Both the position numbers and the translations under genes were made by a program. From a virus (Duplodnaviria > Caudoviricetes), in the IMG/VR virus record IMGVR_UViG_3300034123_000006, positions 1 to 46,292 of that record: a stretch of DNA of 46,292 nucleotides, one strand, 5' to 3'. Position 1 is the stretch's first letter; each line of letters begins with the position of its first letter. Of the stretch, positions 1 through 9,875 are shown piece after piece. Below the pieces are notes generated by a model. That model worked only from the letters and a program-made list of their open reading frames with translations, searched no databases and was not told the origin of the DNA.

Positions 1-127
1 GGAGTATTCTTGAGCGTACCCGGCCTATACGAGCCGTCAGCCGTCCAACTCGAAGCCCACAGCTTCCAGCCCTACGACGAGGTGGAGATTCTATACGGCG
101 GCACCGCGTTCTGCGGGAAGACCCTGT
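1..127. repeat. Terminal direct repeat (copy 1), circular-assembly overlap
   Basis: Bases 1-127 are identical to 46166-46292. Confidence 0.97.
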
Positions 128-1608
128 GGCTTCGCTGGGATCCGATTGAAACCCAGTGGGCGGGAGAGCACCAGCGCTGGCTGGAAGCCCGCGCCCGCGG
201 TGAGAGCTTCGAGTCCGTGGGCTGGGCGCTGCATGTTCGCCGCACCTACCCCATGCTCCTGCAGACCATCCTCTACATGCGGGCAGCGGCCAAGAAGCTC
301 GACCCCGGCGTGGCGTGGGACGGAGACGCTAAGATGCTCACGTTCTCGTGTGGCTACCGCATGCAGTACGGCCACGTGCAGAACGCAGAGGACTGGCGCA
401 ACTACGACTCGATGGAGTACACCCATCTCAGCGTCGATGAGAGCATTCAGACGCTCAAGCAGCAGTACGACGGCCTCTGGTCGCGCGTGCGCACCACCGA
501 CCCAGTCCTGCGCCACAAGCTGCGCACGTGCATGGCATCGAACCCAGATGCTCCCTTCGAGGGCCTGTGGGTGAAGGAGCGATTCGTGGACCCCGCTCCG
601 GCCGGTCGCAAGGTGCTGGTCGAGAACACCACGCTCGAAGACGGCACGGTCAAGACCTCGGCGCGCATCTACATCCCGGCCCGCCTCTCGGACAATCCGA
701 ACAAGGCTGCCTGCCAGACCTACGAGGCGAAGCTGCGTAAGCTCCCACGGCACATCATGATGGCCCGCCTCTTCGGCAACTGGAACACGGTTCAGGGAGC
801 GTTCTTCGAGAGCGAATTCATCCCCGACGTTCACATCGTCAAGCCCTACGCCATCCCACCCCACTGGCCCATCTACCGAGCCATGGACTGGGGCTACAAG
901 GTGGCCTGCGTGGTGAAATACTTCGCCGTGGACGAAGAAGGAAACATCATCGTCATCGACGAGCTGACCTGGAACCACAAGTGCGAGGACCACGAGCGCA
1001 AGGACGCTGAGCTGGTGGCCATTGCCATCAAGAAGTACGAGAAGGCTCACGATGCCATGCAGGAGATTCTGGACGCCGAGCGCGGCGACGGCCTCAAGAG
1101 CCCGCGGTACTGGAACCGGAATGGCAACTACTCCAATCTCAGTGGCCCGGCCGACTATCAGATCCGAGAGGAGCGCGGCAACAAGGGGCCGACCATCGAA
1201 GAGACGTTCGCGGGCTACGGCATCTACTGGCAGGCGTGCAAGAAGAACCGCTACATGGCCACGGCCGAGCTTCTGCGCCGCCTGAAGGACATTCCCAAGT
1301 CGCCGCAATCACGCCCAGGCATCACGTGGTTCGATACCTGCGTCCACACGGCGCGCACCATCCCAACGCTCAAGCGCCACTCTCTCACCGACGAGCGGAA
1401 CAAGAACCAGGAAGTTCCAATGGACGGTGGCGACGACCACTGGTTCGACGTGGACTGCTACATTTGCCTATTCAGGGCTTCCCCTGCGGAGAAAAACATG
1501 AAGAATGGACAGAATGGTTCCGCGCCAACATGGGACGACGATGAAGACGAACTTGCGGGAGCCCGCATGAAGAAGCAAACGCCGAGCCGCTGGGGGTACG
1601 GAATATGA
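10..1608 (+). CDS. terL: Terminase large subunit
   Basis: Walker A-like YGGTAFCGKT, Walker B HLSVDE, coupling motif ASNP, RNaseH-like nuclease motifs AMDWGY and DDHWFD. TTG start with GGAG upstream, overlapping (TTGA) the stop of the last gene across the circular junction. Confidence 0.93.
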   Translation: MSVPGLYEPSAVQLEAHSFQPYDEVEILYGGTAFCGKTLWLRWDPIETQWAGEHQRWLEARARGESFESVGWALHVRRTYPMLLQTILYMRAAAKKLDPGVAWDGDAKMLTFSCGYRMQYGHVQNAEDWRNYDSMEYTHLSVDESIQTLKQQYDGLWSRVRTTDPVLRHKLRTCMASNPDAPFEGLWVKERFVDPAPAGRKVLVENTTLEDGTVKTSARIYIPARLSDNPNKAACQTYEAKLRKLPRHIMMARLFGNWNTVQGAFFESEFIPDVHIVKPYAIPPHWPIYRAMDWGYKVACVVKYFAVDEEGNIIVIDELTWNHKCEDHERKDAELVAIAIKKYEKAHDAMQEILDAERGDGLKSPRYWNRNGNYSNLSGPADYQIREERGNKGPTIEETFAGYGIYWQACKKNRYMATAELLRRLKDIPKSPQSRPGITWFDTCVHTARTIPTLKRHSLTDERNKNQEVPMDGGDDHWFDVDCYICLFRASPAEKNMKNGQNGSAPTWDDDEDELAGARMKKQTPSRWGYGI

Positions 1609-2252
1609 GTGAGCCGTCGAGGCCAAGGGCTGGAATCAAGCTGTCCATCGTCGCCAGTGGTGACAACGAAGAAACCGGGGTGAACGAGGTTGTACTGGAA
1701 GACCCGGACGGAGTCACGTTCAACGTCCCCAGAAGCTGGGTGACAGGAGTCGATGTCGAGGGTGCCAAGGATGCCTTCATGGACCACACCTCAATCACGG
1801 CGCCACCCGGAGAGCTTGAGAGCATCTGGAGAATGGCGACAGCCAAGTTCAATCAAGAGAACAGCGAGGGAGGCTTCGGAGGCGACCCAGCCGACGGTGA
1901 CAGTACGGTAAGCAACCTCGACGACTACAACGCTGGCAGATGGAATCCGCTCTCCGCTGGAGAGGTTGCCAATCTCAGGGGTGCGCTTCCGCAGGTAGGA
2001 GGTTGGGCAAAGGGTGGAGTGGGGACCGCGACCGAGAAGCGATTCGCTGGTGGCCCGATGCAGTTCCCTACCATCCAGGGCGACGACAAGCCCCATTCGA
2101 CTCTTTTGGACATGGCGAAGGGAACGCAATTCCGCCAACGCGGTGTGAAGTTCACCTCCGATGAGGCGAGCAAGCAGAAATCTGGCTGGGGTGAGTGGGA
2201 CCAGGTGTGGGACGCTAAGACGAAACGCTGGGTGAAGGATCCAAACCAATGA
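1605..2252 (+). CDS. Hypothetical protein between terminase and portal
   Basis: 215-aa ORF with ATGA overlaps to both neighbours; no recognisable motif. Confidence 0.75.
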   Translation: MSEPSRPRAGIKLSIVASGDNEETGVNEVVLEDPDGVTFNVPRSWVTGVDVEGAKDAFMDHTSITAPPGELESIWRMATAKFNQENSEGGFGGDPADGDSTVSNLDDYNAGRWNPLSAGEVANLRGALPQVGGWAKGGVGTATEKRFAGGPMQFPTIQGDDKPHSTLLDMAKGTQFRQRGVKFTSDEASKQKSGWGEWDQVWDAKTKRWVKDPNQ

Positions 2253-4561
2253 AAATGTCTAGACGCTCGAAGATGGGCACTGGTGGAGTCGGAAACGACA
2301 CGCCCGAGGGCGCCTCGCCCGATGAAGAGATGCCTGGAGCCGGCAGCGACGACATGGAGGGCGAAGAGGAGGTCGCGGAGACGGCCAGAACCGAGAATCC
2401 CGAGCAGCAGGGCCTCGATTTGCCCGACAACGCGGTCAATTTGGTGCCGTACTTGCTCGAATTGGCCGAAACCGACGACAAGGTGAAGAAATTCGTCCAC
2501 GACGAGCTTCCAAATCAGGTGATCCGGCACTTCAACGAGGACTGGGAGTCCCGAAAGGGATGGATGGACAACATGCGAGAGCGCGTGGACCTCTATCTCG
2601 GCAATCTGAAGCAGAAAACCGAGCCTTTCCGCAACTGCGCTAACCTGCACGACCCGATTCTGCTGAAATGCACCTTGCGTCTCGTGGCGCGCATCTGGTC
2701 GGAGATTTTCACCGACGGCCAGCCCCTATTCCGCGCCCGCGCAGGCTCGCGCCTCACTGAGCAGGATGCAGAGATCATCACCAAGCACGAAAACTGGCAA
2801 TTCTCGAAGGAAATACCTGATTTCCCGGCCCAGGTGTGGCGTGCGCTCACCGCGTTCATTCGCGACGGGGAAATGGTCTTCGACAGCTACCGAGACTACG
2901 TCCATGGCGTGAACCGGCACGAGTTCGTCGGTCCTGAGGAGTTCGTGTACCCCTACGCGCGCCATCCAGTGGCCCCGGACATGAGCGACGTGCCCCGCAA
3001 GACCAAGATCATGTTCCCGTACAAGCGTGACCTGATGGCCATGCAGGAGCTTGGTTTCTACTCCCAGGTGGACAAGGTCACGGAGTGCAAGGGCAGCCAC
3101 GACCTTGTGGAAGTCGATCAGGTGGTGCGAGACGCCGTGGACAAGTGGGAAGGCACTGACCGCAGCCAACACACCCACGATGCGCCCTACTACCTGCTGG
3201 AGCAGCATACCTGGGTCAAGCTGCCCTACGCCGAGAAGGATGAGCCGTTCCGCGTGGTCGTGGACGCGAAGACCCGCGTGGTCCTTGGCCTGTTCAGCCG
3301 GTACTACGACGACCCCGAGGACCGCGTCCGCTACGAGCGCGAGATGTCCGAGTACCAGATGTACGCTGGCAACCTTGAGCAGTACGCCATGATTCTCCAG
3401 GAGGAGCAGAACACACTCCTCACGCTCCAGCAGCCCAACGTGCCGCCCGACGAGGCCGCGGCCATCGCCGAGCACGTGCAGGCCAACCGGCCCGCGCCGC
3501 CCATGAAGCCCAAGTGGATGGCAGAGGACGAGAATGGTCAGCCCTCTCCCCCAAAGACGTGCAAGAAGAAGATCATCGAGCGGTTCTCTCGCGCAACGTG
3601 CATCGACAACCCCGAGGGCTCCCACGGTATCGGGGTTGGAACGCTCATCATGCCCCACCAGATGGCGGCCAACATCATGCTCAACCAGAGCGTGGATGCT
3701 GGTACGCTGGCCAACAGCAGCACCGCGGTCGTCCACGACATGGTGAAGTTCCCACCCGGCATGACCAGCATCGCGCCGAACGAGATCATCAAGATTCGCG
3801 GCGTGCCGCCTGACCAGATATCCAGCGCATTCTTCCGCTTCGACCACCAACCGGCCAACCCGCAGCTCATGCAGTGGGTGCAGTCCCAGGAAGCAGCAGC
3901 CGACGGGGTAAGCTCGACCCCCGACGTGCTATCTGGCCAGAAGGAAGGCGACGAAACCTTCCGAGGAATGGCCACGAGGGTAGAGCAGGCTACGAAGCAG
4001 ACCTCTGCCATCGCGGCCAAGGGCATGGTCGCCCTGAACCAAGTGGCGCAGAACAACGGCCTGCTGAACTTCTTCTTCCTCCCCGAGGTCAAGGAAGTGG
4101 ACGCGCGCAACCCGGCCACAGGGGCGCTGGAGCCCATCACCGTGTCCCGCGACCTGTACCGAGATCGCTACGACATCATCTTCTCGGCAGACCTGAGCTT
4201 CGCCAGCCGCGCGACGAAGGTGGCCGAGGCCGACGACGCCATGGCGCTACTACTCAAGGGTGTGCCGCCCCAGGTGCTGACGCTCGTGATTCGCCCCGAG
4301 GGGGTAGGTGCAGCCATTCGCAAGTGTCTCCAGGCTCGCGGCATGTTCGACATCGCGAGCTACATGTACTCCGACCAGGAGATCGGCCAGAAGATGATGG
4401 CCCAGCAGCAGGCCCAGGCCATGGCATCGATGCCACCCGGCGCACAAGGCCCAGGAGCGCCGCCGCCGTCCATCCCAGACGGCCAGCCGAGCAACCCGGC
4501 GCCAGGCCCACAGATTGCCCATGGGACACCCGCAGAAGCGGCTCCCAACGTCCGACAGTAA
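2249..4561 (+). CDS. Portal protein (P22-like podovirus type)
   Basis: 770 aa, follows terL. Contains segments typical of this portal class (EPFRNCANLHDPIL; HGIGVGTLI...LNQSVDAGTLAN) and a Q/P-rich C-terminus. Confidence 0.85.
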   Translation: MKMSRRSKMGTGGVGNDTPEGASPDEEMPGAGSDDMEGEEEVAETARTENPEQQGLDLPDNAVNLVPYLLELAETDDKVKKFVHDELPNQVIRHFNEDWESRKGWMDNMRERVDLYLGNLKQKTEPFRNCANLHDPILLKCTLRLVARIWSEIFTDGQPLFRARAGSRLTEQDAEIITKHENWQFSKEIPDFPAQVWRALTAFIRDGEMVFDSYRDYVHGVNRHEFVGPEEFVYPYARHPVAPDMSDVPRKTKIMFPYKRDLMAMQELGFYSQVDKVTECKGSHDLVEVDQVVRDAVDKWEGTDRSQHTHDAPYYLLEQHTWVKLPYAEKDEPFRVVVDAKTRVVLGLFSRYYDDPEDRVRYEREMSEYQMYAGNLEQYAMILQEEQNTLLTLQQPNVPPDEAAAIAEHVQANRPAPPMKPKWMAEDENGQPSPPKTCKKKIIERFSRATCIDNPEGSHGIGVGTLIMPHQMAANIMLNQSVDAGTLANSSTAVVHDMVKFPPGMTSIAPNEIIKIRGVPPDQISSAFFRFDHQPANPQLMQWVQSQEAAADGVSSTPDVLSGQKEGDETFRGMATRVEQATKQTSAIAAKGMVALNQVAQNNGLLNFFFLPEVKEVDARNPATGALEPITVSRDLYRDRYDIIFSADLSFASRATKVAEADDAMALLLKGVPPQVLTLVIRPEGVGAAIRKCLQARGMFDIASYMYSDQEIGQKMMAQQQAQAMASMPPGAQGPGAPPPSIPDGQPSNPAPGPQIAHGTPAEAAPNVRQ

Positions 4562-4576
4562 CCAAAGGAGTGAACC

Positions 4577-4846
4577 ATGCTGAAAGAACATCCGAACGAA
4601 TGGGAAGGCATCCCCAAGGAGCAGGTCATCGACTGGCTCGACAACCCCTGTACGCGCTTCATGCGCTCGCAGATTGCGGCCGGTCTGCTGCAATACGACC
4701 AACTGGCCGTCGAGCACGTGAATTCCAACATCAGACTTGGCGACGAGGAATTCCATGCCAGGGCTGACCAGATTCGCGTTGGCAAGGCCGCGCTTAGGCA
4801 ATCGCTGAACCTTCTTGCGGAGGCTGAATCCTATGTCAAAGCCTGA
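4577..4846 (+). CDS. Small hypothetical head-module protein
   Basis: 89 aa with a strong RBS (AAGGAGTGAACC-ATG), in the usual post-portal position. Confidence 0.75.
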   Translation: MLKEHPNEWEGIPKEQVIDWLDNPCTRFMRSQIAAGLLQYDQLAVEHVNSNIRLGDEEFHARADQIRVGKAALRQSLNLLAEAESYVKA

Positions 4847-5357
4847 CCTCAACCTGGCCTTCCCGAAGCTGCTACAGGAGCGCATCAAGGAGTTCAAGAT
4901 TCCACCGGCACCTGGGCAAATCTCCTTCGAGGAGGTGATGATCTACCAAATCCCCGACGCCGAGATGGGCGGCGACAAGTTCGGCAAGGACAGCGCACTC
5001 TACAAGCCAGAAACCACCGCAGACACCGACCGGCGCCGCTGCCCTCGCGGCGTCATCGTCTCGGCTGGCCTCGGGGCGCTCGGGATGCTGCGCGACCACG
5101 GGATGCAGCTTGGCGAGATGGTCCTGTTCTCGCCTCATGCACCCAACCGCTTCCAGGTGAAGCGGAGCAATGGCCAGGCCGTGGAGTTCTTCTTCATGCA
5201 CGTCTCGGACGTGAAGGTGAGCGAAGACATCCCCGGCCGGCTGGTGAACGGAGAGTTGAAGCTGGCCCACGAGAAGGGCGACTTCCTGTTCATCTGGAAG
5301 GGCGACAAGACCCGCGGCGGGCGTCGTGACCCCAAGCAATTCGACGACGGAATCTAA
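4833..5357 (+). CDS. GroES-like co-chaperonin
   Basis: RGVIVSAGLGA...MQLGEMVLFS...FFFMHVSDV matches the GroES/Cpn10 pattern (G.V.avG.G....vGD.Vlf......l....Di). Lies between portal and scaffold. Confidence 0.65.
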   Translation: MSKPDLNLAFPKLLQERIKEFKIPPAPGQISFEEVMIYQIPDAEMGGDKFGKDSALYKPETTADTDRRRCPRGVIVSAGLGALGMLRDHGMQLGEMVLFSPHAPNRFQVKRSNGQAVEFFFMHVSDVKVSEDIPGRLVNGELKLAHEKGDFLFIWKGDKTRGGRRDPKQFDDGI

Positions 5358-5367
5358 GGAGTGAACC

Positions 5368-6273
5368 ATGGCTGACCAAAGACTGAAAGACCGAGAATCC
5401 CAGGTAGACGACGACGAGCAAGCCGAAGGCGGAAACGAGCCCGCCATCGAGGTGACTCACGACAAAGACGGCAACGCCACCGTGGATGTCCCCGGCCCCA
5501 GCAAGGCCGAGCTTCGTCACAAGAGGTGGGCCGAGCGGGTGGGCGGCGTGCTGGACGAGCGTAACAAGCCGCTCATGGAGAGCGTCGAGCACATGAAGCG
5601 GACCATCGAAGGGCTCAACGCCTCGCTGGCGCGCATGGGCCAGCCGGCTAGGCGGCAGGAGGTGGACACTGAGGAGCCATCGGAGACGGAGCGCAAGTTC
5701 AACGAGGCGCGCGACCGACAGAGCGAAATCCTCAAGATACTGCCAACGTGCCGGACGCAACCAGAAATCGATAAGTTAGAACGCGAGTACAAGAAGCTGG
5801 ACCTGGAAGCTGTGCGTGCCGTTCAAAGGGAAACCGAGACACGCATCGAGAGTTCTAGGCGCAACTCACCGGCTCCCAACCCCGAGATGGCCGTCATCCA
5901 ATCCGAGTTCCCCGATGTCATCGCCAACCCCAAGGCGGCAGGCTGGGCTTCGGCGGCGTTCCAGCAGGCCGTCATCGAGGCAGACGGGCAGCCGTTCAAC
6001 CGCATGGAGGCTCACCGCAGGGTGCTCAGTGAGGCGGCAACCCGCTTTGGTATCCGCAAGGCTCCGCTGCCACCGGCCCGCGCGCACGAACAGGCACGAT
6101 TCGGCGGTGCACCACCGGCATCCGGCGCTGGAGGCGCCACCAGGGGCGGGGCGAGGCTGTCCAAGGAGCAGCAGGAGATTGCGCGTAGCCGGTACAAGGA
6201 CATGGAACCAGCCGAGGCTGACCGCAAGTGGGCCGAGTCCATGGTTCGCCGCGACCCGCATTTTTTCGGATAG
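5368..6273 (+). CDS. Putative capsid scaffolding protein
   Basis: Acidic N-terminus, coiled-coil middle and C-terminal LSKEQQEIAR helix; upstream of the capsid genes. Confidence 0.65.
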   Translation: MADQRLKDRESQVDDDEQAEGGNEPAIEVTHDKDGNATVDVPGPSKAELRHKRWAERVGGVLDERNKPLMESVEHMKRTIEGLNASLARMGQPARRQEVDTEEPSETERKFNEARDRQSEILKILPTCRTQPEIDKLEREYKKLDLEAVRAVQRETETRIESSRRNSPAPNPEMAVIQSEFPDVIANPKAAGWASAAFQQAVIEADGQPFNRMEAHRRVLSEAATRFGIRKAPLPPARAHEQARFGGAPPASGAGGATRGGARLSKEQQEIARSRYKDMEPAEADRKWAESMVRRDPHFFG

Positions 6274-6298
6274 AAACAACAATCAAAGGACAACGAAA

Positions 6299-6568
6299 AT
6301 GCACTACAAGAACGGAAGAGAAGCGAAGAATGGCGACAAGGTTGTCGCGATGACCTATGGCGGAAACGCCGTCGTCGGCATCCTGTACGATGCGCAGGCT
6401 GGGAATGACTACTGCAACGGCAGGCTAGCTCCAACGTCGCCCAGCGACCCGACGCCGAACCTGAAGGAATGCTTGCACCTGGACGACGTTTTGGCTGCGG
6501 TTGCATCCCCCGAGAAGTCGGAAGCGCCAGCGCGAGAGCCAATCGCCACCCCTATCCAGCAAGCGTAG
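6299..6568 (+). CDS. Small hypothetical protein (MHYKNGREAKNGDKVV...)
   Basis: ATG at 6299 after AAAGGA; 89 aa, beta-rich; inserted between the scaffold gene and the capsid promoter. Confidence 0.7.
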   Translation: MHYKNGREAKNGDKVVAMTYGGNAVVGILYDAQAGNDYCNGRLAPTSPSDPTPNLKECLHLDDVLAAVASPEKSEAPAREPIATPIQQA

Positions 6569-6591
6569 TATCGTGGGTACGCTCGTTTTTG

Positions 6592-6620
6592 TTGCAACCC
6601 AACGCAAGCGAGCGTACAGT
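6592..6620 (+). promoter_or_regulatory. Sigma70-like promoter for the capsid operon, with an overlapping inverted repeat
   Basis: TTGCAA (6592-6597), 17-bp spacer, TACAGT (6615-6620). The inverted repeat GTACGCTCG (6577-6585)/CGAGCGTAC (6609-6617) straddles the -35. Confidence 0.55.
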
Positions 6621-6629
6621 TCTTCGTAG

Positions 6630-6737
6630 GGCTCATTCCCTCCCGACTCACCATAGGGGTTAGTGGACGGAGCCGATTCTGGTGATAGGTGCTCATTCCC
6701 TGGCGGTGCCTCGCACGCTGAAAAGTGGACCGAGCGC
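6630..6737 (+). promoter_or_regulatory. Tandem RNA hairpin motif in the capsid-operon leader
   Basis: Two units of GCTCATTCCCT...AGTGGAC(G/C)GAGC at 6631-6673 and 6691-6735. Confidence 0.5.
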
Positions 6738-6764
6738 TCAACCGCGGGGCGGGAGTGAGCGCAT

Positions 6765-7175
6765 ATGAGCAACCAGAGTCCATCGACAGAGCAGCGAAAA
6801 GATCCACGTTCCAAGCGTCCACCGCGGGCACAAGACGGCACGGTCACTGGGCAACGCCCTGACCGCCGCTATTCACTTGCGTACCCCTCGGACATCAGCT
6901 TTGGCCTGACCCGCCTTCTCGAAGACGGTTATCACAAGGTCAACGCCAAGTCCGACAAGGAGCGCGTGGTGTGCGGTCGCGAGGAGCCCAATGGGGACAT
7001 CTCCTACAAGGGGCACATCCTCGTTTGGATCGAGAAGGACGAATTCGAGGCTCGACTCGAAGATGGGCAAGCGGTTGTGAAGGCGCGCATGCAGAAGGCG
7101 AAGGGGCCAGGTGGCCTCGATCGCGTCGTTGGAGTCACCGGAAAAGCCGCTTCTGACTTCCTCGAAAACCAATAG
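6765..7175 (+). CDS. Hypothetical head-module protein
   Basis: 136 aa with a GGGAG RBS; first gene after the capsid promoter. Confidence 0.75.
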   Translation: MSNQSPSTEQRKDPRSKRPPRAQDGTVTGQRPDRRYSLAYPSDISFGLTRLLEDGYHKVNAKSDKERVVCGREEPNGDISYKGHILVWIEKDEFEARLEDGQAVVKARMQKAKGPGGLDRVVGVTGKAASDFLENQ

Positions 7176-7184
7176 GAGCACCCA

Positions 7185-7835
7185 ATGAGCCAAACAGAAA
7201 ACATCCAGCCGTACCGATACGGTGCCCGTTGGGTTCGGAGCATGACCGGCCCGAGCCTTGGCACCCCGCCCACTCTCGAAATCCCTGTGGCATCCAACAA
7301 CACCCTCGCCCTGTTCAATGGAGACGTTCTCCAGTTCCTAACGGGTGGCACGGTGTACCCGTCCACCAGGGGCGGCGGAAGCTACCCCTACATCAGCCAC
7401 GTCATGATCGGGGCCAAGTACCTCGGTTCGGACGGCGTTCGGCGCAAGGGGCCGTTCCTGCCTGCCGCGACCGTCTATACCGGCACCACGTCGCTGGCGA
7501 ACCCGCTGGCGTCCATCGCGCTGGTCATCCCCACGGTGAACCAAATCTTCGCCCTGACCGTCCCGACGGCCGAGGCCACTCTGACCGCGGCCCAGGCCAA
7601 GGTCGGCAAGTGCATCGACATCAACCCCGGCACCGGCAACACGACCACGGGCCAGAGCGGACACCTCATCTACACCGGAACCGATGGCACCTATGGGTGG
7701 CAGACGACCACGGCTTCCGGCCAACTTCGCCTCGAAGAAATCCCGCGATACGGGATGACCGGGGCGCTCAACAACCCGACCATCGCCAACTGGACCGGGT
7801 ACTTCTCGGTTGTTGAAACCATCGCCACGGTCTAG
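7185..7835 (+). CDS. Putative capsid decoration/cement protein
   Basis: 216 aa, T/G-rich beta protein immediately before the major capsid gene, as in BPP-1-like phages. Confidence 0.5.
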   Translation: MSQTENIQPYRYGARWVRSMTGPSLGTPPTLEIPVASNNTLALFNGDVLQFLTGGTVYPSTRGGGSYPYISHVMIGAKYLGSDGVRRKGPFLPAATVYTGTTSLANPLASIALVIPTVNQIFALTVPTAEATLTAAQAKVGKCIDINPGTGNTTTGQSGHLIYTGTDGTYGWQTTTASGQLRLEEIPRYGMTGALNNPTIANWTGYFSVVETIATV

Positions 7836-7844
7836 GAGCAAAAC

Positions 7845-8771
7845 ATGATCACCACAAACGCACTCTGGAAGAGCATCGAGTACACCCTGGAGGACATCGG
7901 CACCGAGGACTTGTCCAAGGAGCAGGTTGCCATCGGAAAGGGCAAGCTGTGCAAGGCCACTCCCATGAAGAAGGGCCTTGTCAGGAACATGGAGGTCGCT
8001 GGTACGACCTTCCTGCTCCAGAAGCCCGAGGGACAGGCCATGGCCACCGAGGAGATCATCCTGGGCGGCATCGCCGAGTTCATCCCCGTCACCATGGCCA
8101 AGGAGGTGTCCATCACCGAGGAAGCACTGGAGGACAATGAGTACGACAAGATTCTCCAGCCTTCCACTCGCCTCATGACTTCCGCCTGGAAGACCGAGGA
8201 CGTGGGCGTGGCCAACGTGGCGCTCAACTGCCTCACGACCACGGGCGGCTACGACAAGGTGGCACTGGCCAGCGCGTCGCACCTCCTGCCATCGGGCCAG
8301 ACGGTGTCGAACTGCCTCGCCTCGACCGCTGGTGGGAGCATCGTCGGCATGACCCCCAGCCCGCAGGCTCTCCAGCAGATGCGCGCCATGGCGGCCCTCA
8401 TGCCGGGGCCGAACGGCCTTCCCGACTCGCTGGAACTGCGAGCCATCACCTTCCCCGAGGTTCAACTGGACCTCTGGAAGATCATCACCCAGACCAGTCA
8501 AAGCGTGGGCAACAACTTCAACGACATCAACACGGTGAAGTCCTACAACCTGGATCTCATCCCGGTGAAGTGGTACGACGCTGTCTCCCAGCAGTTCTGG
8601 GCGTGCCTCACGAATGCCGAAGAAGGCATCACGTACTACCAGCGCAAGAAGCCGTCCAGCCGCACCTGGGTTGACAACAACGGCATGGTGGCCCACCACG
8701 GTGTCAGCTTCCGCGGCATCGCCGGGTGGAGCAACTGGCGCCATTTCCTCCTCGGGTTCTCCCCCGCGTAG
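7845..8771 (+). CDS. Major capsid protein
   Basis: 308 aa. The C-terminus GITYYQRKKP...D.......SFRGIAGWSNWRHFLLG resembles the HK97-fold BPP-1/Mu gpT-like capsid C-terminus; position fits. Confidence 0.8.
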   Translation: MITTNALWKSIEYTLEDIGTEDLSKEQVAIGKGKLCKATPMKKGLVRNMEVAGTTFLLQKPEGQAMATEEIILGGIAEFIPVTMAKEVSITEEALEDNEYDKILQPSTRLMTSAWKTEDVGVANVALNCLTTTGGYDKVALASASHLLPSGQTVSNCLASTAGGSIVGMTPSPQALQQMRAMAALMPGPNGLPDSLELRAITFPEVQLDLWKIITQTSQSVGNNFNDINTVKSYNLDLIPVKWYDAVSQQFWACLTNAEEGITYYQRKKPSSRTWVDNNGMVAHHGVSFRGIAGWSNWRHFLLGFSPA

Positions 8772-8789
8772 TCGAAAGGACCAACGAAC

Positions 8790-9806
8790 ATGAGTATCCA
8801 AACTGCATCGGCCTTCGCTGGGATCGCCAATATCCCGCGCTTGCCGCTCAACTCCTCGGTTGACCTGAACGGTATCATCGTCTCGCCCGCTGGAGGTCGC
8901 ACCTTCCACGTTCGCGGAGACGGCACCAGCATCCTGGCCTACGACGACCAGTACGGGCAGAACACTGCCGACATGAACCAGCGGCTTTGGCCGTCGGTTG
9001 CGTCGGTGGTCCCGTTCCTGGTCGCCAACAGAGGGGACAACATCATCGTCCATCGGAATCACACAGAGAACTTCGCTTCGGCGAACTCGCTGGCGCTTCC
9101 GGCTGGCACGAGAATCTTTGGCCAGGGCTGGGGCAACGCTCGCCCCACCTTCACCTTCACCACGGCCACGTCAACGCTTCTGTTGACTGCCGCGGGTGTG
9201 TCGATTCAGAACTGCCGATTCCTGTGCGCAGGACCGGCCGGGACGACGGCGCTCTCGGTGGCGGCTCCCATCACCATCACTGGCGAGGGGAATCTCCTGG
9301 TCAACAACTTCTTCGAGATCGGGATCGATGCGGACCAGCTCTGCACCGACTTCATGACCATCGCAGGAGACAACTGCGGCTTCATCAGCAACAAGGTGAT
9401 GTCGCAGGCGCTGGCCTCAGTGAACACCTCAATCATCACGCTGGGAAGCGCCAGCGCGGGCGCCAACGGGTTCGTGTGTCTCGGGAACACCATCAAGGGT
9501 GCTCTCTCGGCCGCGACCACTGGGGTCATTCGCAATCTGGCCAGCACCGGGACCAGTGCGGAAATCCTGATCCAAGAGAACTTCCTGCAAAACTGGAAGG
9601 CAGACTCCTCTGTCTGCATCTCGATGGCCGCAAATCAGGTGACGACCGGCGTGGTCAAGTGGAACACGTTCCGGGTGTCGAACAACGCCAGCGTCCAGGG
9701 CATCACATACTCTGGCACCGGGGTTGACCTGTCGATGGATAACAACGCCATCCAGAACGAAGTCAACGAGACTGCCAAGCAGAACCAAGGCACCGTCTCG
9801 GCCTAG
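8790..9806 (+). CDS. Beta-helix (pectin-lyase-like) virion protein, possible head fibre
   Basis: ANRGDNIIV...GTRIFGQG...RPTFTF followed by repeated I.NC.F/I.gN.I beta-helix rungs. Confidence 0.6.
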   Translation: MSIQTASAFAGIANIPRLPLNSSVDLNGIIVSPAGGRTFHVRGDGTSILAYDDQYGQNTADMNQRLWPSVASVVPFLVANRGDNIIVHRNHTENFASANSLALPAGTRIFGQGWGNARPTFTFTTATSTLLLTAAGVSIQNCRFLCAGPAGTTALSVAAPITITGEGNLLVNNFFEIGIDADQLCTDFMTIAGDNCGFISNKVMSQALASVNTSIITLGSASAGANGFVCLGNTIKGALSAATTGVIRNLASTGTSAEILIQENFLQNWKADSSVCISMAANQVTTGVVKWNTFRVSNNASVQGITYSGTGVDLSMDNNAIQNEVNETAKQNQGTVSA

Positions 9807-9812
9807 TTTCCT

Positions 9813-9865
9813 GGGCGGGGAGAGGCAAGGCGTCACTCCCCCCATCTCTCCCCGCCCTTGTATTT
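9813..9865 (+). terminator. Intrinsic terminator after the capsid genes
   Basis: 12-bp stem GGGCGGGGAGAG (9813-9824)/CTCTCCCCGCCC (9846-9857) followed by TTGTATTT. Confidence 0.6.
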
Positions 9866-9875
9866 CGGAGGGAAC

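Noticed and set aside
7338-9062. Long antisense ORFs (574 aa here; also 91-1308, 2726-3850 and 18458-19255)
   Set aside because: They lie opposite clear genes and are expected shadows of GC-rich codon usage.
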